From: a virus
Lineage: Duplodnaviria > Caudoviricetes
Direction: 5' to 3' (one strand)
Virus record (IMG/VR): IMGVR_UViG_3300025133_000020
DNA: 64,000 bases
The notes below the pieces were generated by a model that saw only the letters and a list, made by a program, of their open reading frames with translations, made no database searches and was not told the DNA's origin. The position numbers and the translations under genes were made by a program. Positions 28,288-36,916 of the stretch are shown here, piece after piece (positions within the stretch are counted from its first letter, which is position 1; every line of letters starts with the position of its first letter).

Positions 28288-29304
28288 ATGGCTGAGAAAT
28301 ATGCAGTAGTAAATGGGCTTTGGAGTGCTACGGGTACTTGGGACGGTGGTGTTAAACCTGTCGGTGGTGATACTGTTCACGCCAATGGATTCAATGTAGA
28401 TATTGATGAAGACATCACGGTTGATAGTATCAGGACGGATGCAGGTGTAACTGCTAGTGCTGGTGGTAGCTTTGATTGGCTTGATGGGTGTGAAACAATT
28501 ACAGCCGATGCTATAGCTGGGAGTTCTTCTTGTTTATTGGTTAAATCCGTCTACACTAACACCAAATACTTCATAGGTGATGTTTATGGTGGTACTAATT
28601 CTGATAGGGGGATAGACATTCATTCGGTGACTACTGATATTGTAGGTGTGGGGGATTGTTATGGTGGTACATCTTCTTCTAGTGCTATCTACACAAATAA
28701 TATGTCCTCTTTTAATTGGACGGGTAATTTTTATGGGGGTACGAATGTAAATTCAGAAGGTATTAGAAATCAAGGCGCAACTAACCTGTTTATTACTGGT
28801 AACGTATATGGTAGTGCTACCTATACAAACGGACACGGTATCTATAATTACAATAGTGGAAGTGTCTATATTACAGGGATGGCTGTGGGTCGTCAGGGGT
28901 CAGGTTATTTCTCAAGGATAGCCTCTTACGCTGAAATAGATATTATTACAACAGATGTGGCGACTCAGTATGGGTATGGCGCTTTTGCGACAGTAATAGG
29001 GGCTAAAGTCGTTGTAAAGGAGATGGATTGGAACGGTTTTGATAGGTGCCCAGCACAGGGAAATATCGTATTTGATAACACCCCAGCAAATATTCAGGTT
29101 ACTGTTGAACAAGCAGATGGTTCAGAAGTTATTTTAACAGATGCGGCTAGCGCACCTGCTGATTATCCACCAGTAAGTGGTGTAAGTAAAAGTATAGTTT
29201 ACGCTTACGGTTCTAAGACTGGAACGGCTGTATTAACTCAAGGAGACGTTATCAACGCTGTAACTCAAGTAGTTGGAGACCAGATATCAGCAGCATTACC
29301 GTAA
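28288..29304 (+). CDS. Putative beta-helix virion protein
   Basis: G.WS..GTW.GG..P..GD.V N-terminus (G8-like) followed by G.xYGG repeats. Confidence 0.55.
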   Translation: MAEKYAVVNGLWSATGTWDGGVKPVGGDTVHANGFNVDIDEDITVDSIRTDAGVTASAGGSFDWLDGCETITADAIAGSSSCLLVKSVYTNTKYFIGDVYGGTNSDRGIDIHSVTTDIVGVGDCYGGTSSSSAIYTNNMSSFNWTGNFYGGTNVNSEGIRNQGATNLFITGNVYGSATYTNGHGIYNYNSGSVYITGMAVGRQGSGYFSRIASYAEIDIITTDVATQYGYGAFATVIGAKVVVKEMDWNGFDRCPAQGNIVFDNTPANIQVTVEQADGSEVILTDAASAPADYPPVSGVSKSIVYAYGSKTGTAVLTQGDVINAVTQVVGDQISAALP

Positions 29305-29768
29305 TGAATGAAGATACCCCTAAGAATATATTCTTCGGTTTTTTCATTCGAATAGTCGGGGGCTTATTTTTCACCTTATTGTGGATGGTGTTTCAATTCG
29401 TTAGTACCTTATACGTACTAATCACCAATTGGAAGGGCGCTAATTTGGAGATAGGTATGATGCAGTATAGAATGGCGCTATGTGATGACCAAAAAGCCAA
29501 TGTGGTACTAGGTCCTTTACTTAATGCGGCATTCGTTAAAAAAGCGGTGCCAAGCGAAATCAATGAGGTGAGAGTACTATATGGACATCAAGATGATACC
29601 ATTAGTGATATTACTGGTAGGTTGATGATAGTTGGAGGGCTTAACCGTTCTGGAGAAAGATTTAGAAAGGTGTTGAATAAGGTACTGGGCAAAGAACATT
29701 GCATCAAGAGCGTATCCCAAAGAAATGTGGATATTCTTAAAATGGGGGATACTTCTACAGTCTTTTGA
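29304..29768 (+). CDS. Membrane-anchored hypothetical protein
   Basis: Hydrophobic N-terminal segment (FFGFFIRIVGGLFFTLLWMVFQFV); G..DDTISDI.G...LN..G..F...LN.V...HC..S motif; TAATG coupling. Confidence 0.6.
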   Translation: MNEDTPKNIFFGFFIRIVGGLFFTLLWMVFQFVSTLYVLITNWKGANLEIGMMQYRMALCDDQKANVVLGPLLNAAFVKKAVPSEINEVRVLYGHQDDTISDITGRLMIVGGLNRSGERFRKVLNKVLGKEHCIKSVSQRNVDILKMGDTSTVF

Positions 29769-29779
29769 CTTTTCCTTCA

Positions 29780-29786
29780 TATTTAT
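29780..29786 (+). promoter_or_regulatory. TATTTAT late-promoter-like motif (sheath)
   Basis: Exact motif in the gap before the sheath gene. Confidence 0.55.
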
Positions 29787-29838
29787 TAAGTAGATAATCA
29801 AGATATTATAATAAAGACACACAAAAAAATAAAGTTAA

Positions 29839-32733
29839 ATGGCTGAAAATAGAGTATTCGTTAGTCCAGGTGTATATACCTCAGAAAGAGATTTAAGTTT
29901 CGTTACCCGTCAAGTCGGTGTAACAACATTGGGATTGGTAGGTGAAACCGTAAAAGGACCTGCATTTCAACCCGTATTCATATCAAATTATGACGAGTTT
30001 ACAACCTTCTTCGGAGGTCAAAATGCTACAAAATTCAAAGATGGTGGGTACCCTAAATATGAGTTGCCATACATCGCAAAATCATATTTGACACAATCAA
30101 ATCAATTATTCGTAACAAGGGTCTTAGGATTCTCAGGTTATGATGCTGGTGAAGCATGGGGTATTACCCTTGATGCCGCATTAGACCCAAGTACAGTTGC
30201 TACCGTTTCAGGTGCGACTTATTCTGGATTCTCAGGTGATTCATTAGTTACTTATACCACAACAACTGGTGGTACATTCACAACTACCGCTAACGTAGGT
30301 GAGCCAGCGATTCAACAATTAATCGATGATGGTTTACTTACAACTGAATTAGCATTCTTAGAGACTGCGGCTGTAAGTGCTACAACTACTGTGGCTTGTA
30401 CATACTATAAGGTTGGAAGTACCTTTATTGGTAGCTCCTTCAACTTGTACGTAACTGATATTGTAACAGGTCTTAGTGGTTCAACCACAGGTTACACTTC
30501 TGGTGTAACTACAAGTTGTTCAGGTACATCTTATTCAGATGTTGAAAACCAAATTGTAGCGTTATTACGTTCAAGAGGTGAGTATGACGGTGATGAATAC
30601 TTGATTCCTGAAGTAACAGGTTCAACAACAACAGATACGACATATGTTGAATTTGGTGCTACACCAACTGATGCTGAAACAGACCCAATGGGTAACTTCT
30701 CATTAAGTGGTCTTGCAACCACATTGGGTGCGTTCGATTACAACCTATCATTTGATGTTACAAAGAGAAATTACTTAGGTAAAGTTCTTGGTAGAGGTGA
30801 GAAAGATGGTAAGACAGCAATCTTTGTCGAGGAACTATATCAAAATATGATGGATAAGGCAGTCGAGGATGAAAAAGTAAGAGGTGTGAACCTTTCACTT
30901 ATTGACTATGCTAGTCCACTTGGGCTTAAGCCATTTGATGATTACAAAGAAGAATACGCACCTGCGGTATCTCCGTATGTCGTATCCGAACTTCGTGGTA
31001 CCAACTTACTTAGATTGTTCAGATTCTGGACAATTGCTGATGGTAATGCGGCTAACCACCAAATTAAGATTTCAATCATAAACATAAAACCAGACGATAA
31101 AACTTTCGATTTAGAAATTAGAAGTTTCTTCGATACTGACTCTAATAAAGTGGTTCTTGAAAAATTCGCAAGATTGACGATGGACCCAACATCAAACAAC
31201 TACATTGCCAAGAAGATTGGTACGTTGGATGGTGATTACGCTTCAAACTCTTCTTACGTATTAGTTGAATTGGATGATACATCCGATACTAGTGATGCGT
31301 TCCCAGCAGGTATGCTTGGAGTTCCGTTAAGGGATTACCATGAGGCTATTGCGGCTAACACTGGTGTGACTTACCCAACAATCTGTTACAACCAAACATA
31401 CGGGGCTTTCGAAAATAAGAGAAAAGTTTATTTAGGTCTTTCTGATACTGTAGGTATTGACCAAGACTTCTTAGATTACAAAGGTGTACCTAACGATACA
31501 GACCTTTCAATGTGGACTGGTCTTACTAAAGGTTTCCACATGGATGTTGACGCCACTGGCGCAACTATCGATGGTGTGGAAGTTGTTTACAACTCATCAG
31601 GTGATACATACTCACCAGTATTCTTGTTTGATACAGGATGCTGCGAGTTCAGAACTGATGCTGGAATAGCAGACACAGCTTACGACAAGATTTATGCTCG
31701 TAAATTCACATTTGCACCTTACGGTGGTTTCGATGGTTGGGATATCTACAGAGATAGAAGAACTAACAGAGACAACTATAGAATAGGTCAAAGTAAGAGT
31801 GATGCCGCATTACTTTCTACTGCAATTGCAAATAGAGCATTAACAAACGGTGATAATGGTACGAGTGCCGATTACTACGCTTACTTAGAAGCTATCTGGA
31901 CATTCAATAACCCTGAATCAGTAAACATTAACTTGTTTGCAACTCCTGGTATTGACGGTTTAGAAAACACTAATTTGGTGGAAGAAACAATCGAAATGAT
32001 TGAAGAGGACAGAGCCGATTCACTATACGTTATGACATTACCAGATGTTGATTCTGGTGGTCAAATACTAACACCAGAGGATATCTCAAGTGACCTAGAT
32101 GGTATGTACGATAGCAGTTATACTGCAACGTTCTTCCCGTGGGTTCAAGTGAGTGATACTGAGAACAACGTTTACATCTGGTTACCTGCAACAAGGGACT
32201 GGGTACGAAACGCAGCTTTGACTGACAATATCGCATTCCCATGGTATGCGGTTGCAGGTATTCAAAGAGGTGACGTGGCAGCTATTAAAGCGAGAACTAA
32301 ACTTACTCAAACTAATAGAGACACACTATATGAAGCAAGAATCAACCCAGTAACTACCTTCGCATCAGATGGTATTAAGATTTGGGGTAACAAGACTCTT
32401 CAAGTTAAGGAAACAGCACTTGATAGAATCAACGTTAGAAGATTGCTACTACAAGCAAGAAAACTTATTTCTGCTGTATCTATCAGATTGTTATTCGAGC
32501 AAAACGATGACATCGTAAGGAACCAATTCCTTGGACTGGTTAATCCTATCTTGGATAACATCAGGTCAGAAAGAGGTCTTACAGACTTCCGTGTGGTATT
32601 GGATGACAGCCCAGAATCTAGAGATAGAAATGAGCTTTGCGGAAGAATATTCATCAAACCAACAAGAGCACTTGAGTTTATCTGCGTTGAATTCAACGTT
32701 ATGAACACTGGAGCATCGTTCGAAGATGTTTAA
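29839..32733 (+). CDS. Contractile tail sheath protein (gp18-like)
   Basis: N-terminal SPGVYTSERDLS...GETVKGPAF; C-terminal RINPV...GIKIWGNKTL...RINVRRLL...LLFEQND...IFIKPTRALEFI. Confidence 0.97.
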   Translation: MAENRVFVSPGVYTSERDLSFVTRQVGVTTLGLVGETVKGPAFQPVFISNYDEFTTFFGGQNATKFKDGGYPKYELPYIAKSYLTQSNQLFVTRVLGFSGYDAGEAWGITLDAALDPSTVATVSGATYSGFSGDSLVTYTTTTGGTFTTTANVGEPAIQQLIDDGLLTTELAFLETAAVSATTTVACTYYKVGSTFIGSSFNLYVTDIVTGLSGSTTGYTSGVTTSCSGTSYSDVENQIVALLRSRGEYDGDEYLIPEVTGSTTTDTTYVEFGATPTDAETDPMGNFSLSGLATTLGAFDYNLSFDVTKRNYLGKVLGRGEKDGKTAIFVEELYQNMMDKAVEDEKVRGVNLSLIDYASPLGLKPFDDYKEEYAPAVSPYVVSELRGTNLLRLFRFWTIADGNAANHQIKISIINIKPDDKTFDLEIRSFFDTDSNKVVLEKFARLTMDPTSNNYIAKKIGTLDGDYASNSSYVLVELDDTSDTSDAFPAGMLGVPLRDYHEAIAANTGVTYPTICYNQTYGAFENKRKVYLGLSDTVGIDQDFLDYKGVPNDTDLSMWTGLTKGFHMDVDATGATIDGVEVVYNSSGDTYSPVFLFDTGCCEFRTDAGIADTAYDKIYARKFTFAPYGGFDGWDIYRDRRTNRDNYRIGQSKSDAALLSTAIANRALTNGDNGTSADYYAYLEAIWTFNNPESVNINLFATPGIDGLENTNLVEETIEMIEEDRADSLYVMTLPDVDSGGQILTPEDISSDLDGMYDSSYTATFFPWVQVSDTENNVYIWLPATRDWVRNAALTDNIAFPWYAVAGIQRGDVAAIKARTKLTQTNRDTLYEARINPVTTFASDGIKIWGNKTLQVKETALDRINVRRLLLQARKLISAVSIRLLFEQNDDIVRNQFLGLVNPILDNIRSERGLTDFRVVLDDSPESRDRNELCGRIFIKPTRALEFICVEFNVMNTGASFEDV

Positions 32734-32754
32734 TATCCAATGATTATCTATTTG

Positions 32755-32780
32755 AAAAGCGATGCTTCAGCATCGCTTTT
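32755..32780 (+). terminator. Intrinsic terminator after sheath
   Basis: aaaagcgatgc-ttca-gcatcgctttt perfect stem. Confidence 0.8.
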
Positions 32781-32805
32781 CTTGTTTTAGAGATATTTAT
32801 AGTAA

Positions 32806-33180
32806 ATGAAGAAAAGGATAAGAGTACGTGAAAGCCAACTACAAATGATTGTGGAGCAGATGGCGCTTAGAGAAAGTGCTGAGAACGTTGGTATGGACGT
32901 TTTAATGGGTACTGCTGTCCTTATGGGTTACAAGCTTAGTGGTTTTAACGATAAGACCGCTAAAGACGCTCTAAGCTCTCCTGAGAGCCTTAATAAGATT
33001 AAGGATTATCTTGAGGATGAGGATATACAATATTTAGCTAAGAGCTTGGCAGATATCGGAATGACTGACGCCATGGATAAAATAGAAGCTAAAAGACACG
33101 ATATTCAGGCAAGGTTTAATGATATAGCATTTGACACTGAAGGGGTTAGTGGGGGTCTTGTAATAAATATTGACGAGTAA
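32806..33180 (+). CDS. Hypothetical late protein with MKKRIRVRESQL N-terminal motif
   Basis: 124 aa; own TATTTAT at 32794; N-terminal motif shared with 35577. Confidence 0.7.
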   Translation: MKKRIRVRESQLQMIVEQMALRESAENVGMDVLMGTAVLMGYKLSGFNDKTAKDALSSPESLNKIKDYLEDEDIQYLAKSLADIGMTDAMDKIEAKRHDIQARFNDIAFDTEGVSGGLVINIDE

Positions 33181-33252
33181 TCGACATTTTTTAAGTTACC
33201 CCATATTTATAAACGTAGACAATAATAATACAATTTAAAAGAAAAAGATATA

Positions 33253-33741
33253 ATGGCTGATTTACTAATGAAAATGCCCGTCCCTTATGAACCGAAAAGG
33301 AAGAATAGGTGGATGTTACGATTCCCATCAGATTTGGGTATTCAAGAATGGTGGTTATCATCAGCCGCTAGACCTTCAATTACTCAGAACGAAGTTCCAA
33401 TTCCATTCCTTAACACGGAAACTTACGTTGTTGGACGTTTCAACTGGGAAGCAATTGATGTTACATTCAGAGATGCTATCGGACCTTCCACAGCGCAAGC
33501 TATTATGGAATGGGTTAGATTACAATCTGAATCTATCACAGGACGACAAGGTTATGCCGCAGGTTACAAGAAAGACATCGAAATTGAGATGCTTGACCCT
33601 GCTGGTGTAGTAATTGAGAAATGGGTTCTTCAAGGAACAATGCTTACTAACGTGAACTTCGGTGACCTTAGTATGGATGATGACGCTATCGCTGATATCG
33701 TTGCAACATTGAGATTTGACAGAGCAATCCTTCTTTTCTAA
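33253..33741 (+). CDS. Tail tube protein (gp19-like)
   Basis: YEPKRKNRW...SAARPSI...GRFNWEAIDVTFRD...EWV...GYAAGYKKDI...IEKW.L.G...FGDL; TATTTAT at 33204. Confidence 0.92.
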   Translation: MADLLMKMPVPYEPKRKNRWMLRFPSDLGIQEWWLSSAARPSITQNEVPIPFLNTETYVVGRFNWEAIDVTFRDAIGPSTAQAIMEWVRLQSESITGRQGYAAGYKKDIEIEMLDPAGVVIEKWVLQGTMLTNVNFGDLSMDDDAIADIVATLRFDRAILLF

Positions 33742-33765
33742 TAACATTCGGAATATGAATCATGG

Positions 33766-33792
33766 AACCTCACTTTTACGTGGGGTTTTTTT
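33766..33792 (+). terminator. Intrinsic terminator after tube
   Basis: aacctcac-ttttac-gtggggtt followed by a T-run. Confidence 0.75.
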
Positions 33793-33869
33793 GTGGTTTA
33801 GAGCGAAAAACTTGAAAAACTTGACTGTAAACTATTTACTATTACATAAAATGAACTAAAATTAACTTT

Positions 33870-34229
33870 ATGGAGAGATATAAACAACTAACCCTTGAGC
33901 AAATATATGAGCGATTTGACATAGCCCATATTAGAAGACTTATCGCGTACAGTGATAAAAAGAATCCAATCAACTTGGACAACGTATCAATGCACCAACC
34001 ATTATATGAGATGATGCCAGATGAGGTAACATTAAGTGATGACGCACCAATAGATTATAAAACTAAGGTGGCGTTACTTGAAGCTCAGTTAGAAGCGGAT
34101 AGAGCTAAACGATTAAATGAAGCTCAATTTGTGGTGGCAAATACTGACGACAATAATGAAACTGTCGAAGTACCTATGAATCTGTTAAAGCAGATTATGA
34201 CAGTTTTGAATAATAACAATAAGAAATAA
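33870..34229 (+). CDS. Hypothetical protein
   Basis: 119 aa ORF; TATTTAC at 33833. Confidence 0.6.
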   Translation: MERYKQLTLEQIYERFDIAHIRRLIAYSDKKNPINLDNVSMHQPLYEMMPDEVTLSDDAPIDYKTKVALLEAQLEADRAKRLNEAQFVVANTDDNNETVEVPMNLLKQIMTVLNNNNKK

Positions 34230-34240
34230 GTTTTACAAAA

Positions 34241-35293
34241 ATGGCTGATAAAAAACCAAATGTTTTCCCAACAACGGAGACAACTCCAGTAGAAACACCT
34301 GAAGCTCCAACACAACATGTATCTGACGCAGAAATGAGCGCATCTCAAGAGATGCTTAAGCGTACTGAACAACAATTAAAAGAACGTGAAGCAGCGTTGA
34401 ACACACCAAAGATTGATGCGGCACCTATTGAAGCTCTAAATTATAATCAATTGGCTGACCTGTCACAAAAAGTGACAAAAGAAGCTATGGCTAATCATCC
34501 AGCAATGCAAACTGCCGTGGTTCCAGAACCAGTTGATACCGAATTAAGTAGCCTGTTAAGCCCTAAATGGGATTCAGCTTATGATATGATTCCACTACCA
34601 TCAAAGGCTAAAACCTATAAAGGTGTGAAGTCTAGCGTTAAGGTGGCTTATATGACAGGTTCTGATGAGAATATTCTAACTTCAGCTAACCTATTGGAGA
34701 GTGGTGACTTCCTTAAAGTTCTGGTTAGTAGAAACCTATTAGAACCAAACCTTAAATATGAGGATTTATTGGTTGGCGATAGAAACGCAATCATGATTTG
34801 GTTAAGAGGTAGTTCATTCGGAAATATGTACCCAATCACTATTATAAACGATGACGGTGTGGCTGAAGAAGTAGAGTATGATTTGAATGGTTTGAAATAC
34901 ATATACATGGATATTGACCCAGATGAAAATGGTTACTTTGATTTTACGTGCCCACAGAGTGGTGATGTTCTTAAGTATCGATACCTAACAGTTCGTGACG
35001 AAGACGCTATCGAAGCTCAAATAGAGGAAGATGATGAAAACGGTGTTCAAGTTAACCGTAGGGCAACCTATAGATTACAACGACAAATCGTAACGATTAA
35101 TGATAATTCAGACGTTACATACATATCCAAACGTATTGACGATATGAGATTGGGTGATATTAGAGCTTTTAGGAAGTTCTATGACGAAAATGAATCAGGA
35201 GTGGATTTAAAAATTGAAGTATTGACGGCTGGGGGTAAGTCCGTCAAGACGTTTCTTCCGTTTAACTTCAACTTTTTTTGGTCTAAGTCATGA
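34241..35293 (+). CDS. Tail assembly chaperone/baseplate hub assembly protein (gp26-like)
   Basis: IPLPSK...MTGSDENIL...LLVGDRNAIMIWLR..SFG...PFNFNFFW; lies between tube and tape measure. Confidence 0.75.
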   Translation: MADKKPNVFPTTETTPVETPEAPTQHVSDAEMSASQEMLKRTEQQLKEREAALNTPKIDAAPIEALNYNQLADLSQKVTKEAMANHPAMQTAVVPEPVDTELSSLLSPKWDSAYDMIPLPSKAKTYKGVKSSVKVAYMTGSDENILTSANLLESGDFLKVLVSRNLLEPNLKYEDLLVGDRNAIMIWLRGSSFGNMYPITIINDDGVAEEVEYDLNGLKYIYMDIDPDENGYFDFTCPQSGDVLKYRYLTVRDEDAIEAQIEEDDENGVQVNRRATYRLQRQIVTINDNSDVTYISKRIDDMRLGDIRAFRKFYDENESGVDLKIEVLTAGGKSVKTFLPFNFNFFWSKS

Positions 35294-35534
35294 GTACCGT
35301 AATTGGTTAGAAGAAGAGTTTTTCGTTTGCACTAAACATATCGGATATTCTTATGCCGACCTATTGATGATGCCTACTTCAACTAGAAGGTATCAACTAC
35401 ACCTACTTATGAATGAAAACCGAGCTAAACAAGAACATTACGACAAGTTGAGGGAGAAGAACTCTGGTGGTAAAAATACCATTAGCGGTGACGCATTAAA
35501 GTCTAAGATGAAATCAGGTGAAATCAATACTTAA
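35274..35534 (+). CDS. Frameshift-accessed chaperone extension (gp51/T-like), +1 frame
   Basis: The +1 frame is open 35226-35534 and encodes FFGLSHEYRNWLEEEFFVCTKHIGYSYADLLMMPTSTRRY... The T7 run at 35273-35279 lies just before the frame-0 stop. Missed by the ORF track. Confidence 0.7.
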   Translation, partial: FFGLSHEYRNWLEEEFFVCTKHIGYSYADLLMMPTSTRRYQLHLLMNENRAKQEHYDKLREKNSGGKNTISGDALKSKMKSGEINT

Positions 35535-35576
35535 TGTTTCCGACCTTAAGGATATTTATTACTATAACCTTTAGCA

Positions 35577-36914
35577 ATGAAAAGAAGAGTAAAGATAACT
35601 GAGAGTCAATTCGATAGATTATTCGAAGATGATACTGACCCTATGCTGATATTCCAGAACTTGGAAGTGGGTGATAGTATCTATACCAAAGAGACAGATG
35701 GGTCACACTCATTCCAAGTAATAGATGATTTAGGTAACGCCCTTAAGTTGGCTAGCTTAGACCAAAAATCAACCAAAACAGGTTGGAATTATATCGTATC
35801 TAAGGTTGAAGGTATCCAAGATGATGATATTAAACTACAACTAATATCTAAGAAGAACCCAGACGCTGCTCCGCGTAATCATACAATAAAAGGTGTTTTA
35901 AGTGTTAAGACATTCGATAAGAATAACACCGAAAAAGATTCCGTTACTGTAGGGGAACCACCAAAACCAAAACCAGACCCAAACTCACCAACTAACGCTA
36001 CAAATATAGCTACGGATGATATTGATGATGAGGATACAAGACGTAAAACATTAGAAGATGTACTTAGACAATTAAAGGAATTAAAGGAAGGTAGGTATTA
36101 CATTTTCAAAGTAGAAGAGACTACCAGCATCATATTCAAAGTTAATAATAATGATGGGTCTAACCTAAATGTTACCATAGTATCATCAACTGGTGCTGAA
36201 AAGGATAAGTATTTAGCACTTAAAGGTGATGAATATACTATACCATTAACCATGGAGAATTTAAGTATATCGGATATGGGTCATGGTTGGTTTAATATGG
36301 GTATGATTGGTGGTGGAAATACCAATACCTTATCAGATATTTCAAATATCAGCGACTTTGTTGAATATAGTGGTGAAGATGATAATGACGACCAAGCTGA
36401 CGACCAAGCTGACGACCAAGTTGATATTAAAAAACCTAATAAGAATAAGATGTTAAACTTTTTGAAAAAAAATCCAGACATCGCTTCCGCGTTACACCAC
36501 CAACCAAAATTATTTGGTATGTTTGATGCTGGTGAACCAGTTGGTTTAGCTGCTCTTAATAACGTACTAAACAGTTATGAAGATAGAACAGAGGCTGGCG
36601 AACAATTCGAAAATAACCGTCAAGTTAAATTTACAATACAAAGTCACGATATCCAACTTAAGGTTGGTGCCACTAACACCGATAGGTATAAGAGGGGTGC
36701 TAATATGAGAGCTATAACAAGAAAAAATGATAGGGGTATTGTAATGTTATTTATTGGGGAGGGCACCAGAAATGAGCTTACCATAAAAATCTTAGACCTT
36801 GTAGATGATGATACATATAAGGTTAAATTCATCCTAACTAAAATCATAAATAAGGTGGAAGAGACTGATAGCAAATATGGCGTGATAAAAATAACTGATT
36901 ATAATAATAAGTAA
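35577..36914 (+). CDS. Hypothetical late protein with MKRRVKITESQF N-terminal motif
   Basis: 445 aa; own GATATTTATTACTA at 35551; acidic/Pro linkers separating beta-rich modules. Confidence 0.7.
   Translation: MKRRVKITESQFDRLFEDDTDPMLIFQNLEVGDSIYTKETDGSHSFQVIDDLGNALKLASLDQKSTKTGWNYIVSKVEGIQDDDIKLQLISKKNPDAAPRNHTIKGVLSVKTFDKNNTEKDSVTVGEPPKPKPDPNSPTNATNIATDDIDDEDTRRKTLEDVLRQLKELKEGRYYIFKVEETTSIIFKVNNNDGSNLNVTIVSSTGAEKDKYLALKGDEYTIPLTMENLSISDMGHGWFNMGMIGGGNTNTLSDISNISDFVEYSGEDDNDDQADDQADDQVDIKKPNKNKMLNFLKKNPDIASALHHQPKLFGMFDAGEPVGLAALNNVLNSYEDRTEAGEQFENNRQVKFTIQSHDIQLKVGATNTDRYKRGANMRAITRKNDRGIVMLFIGEGTRNELTIKILDLVDDDTYKVKFILTKIINKVEETDSKYGVIKITDYNNK
36387..36420 (+). repeat. 12-bp tandem repeat x2.8 (DDQA)
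   Basis: gacgaccaagct repeated. Confidence 0.9.
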
Positions 36915-36916
36915 TT

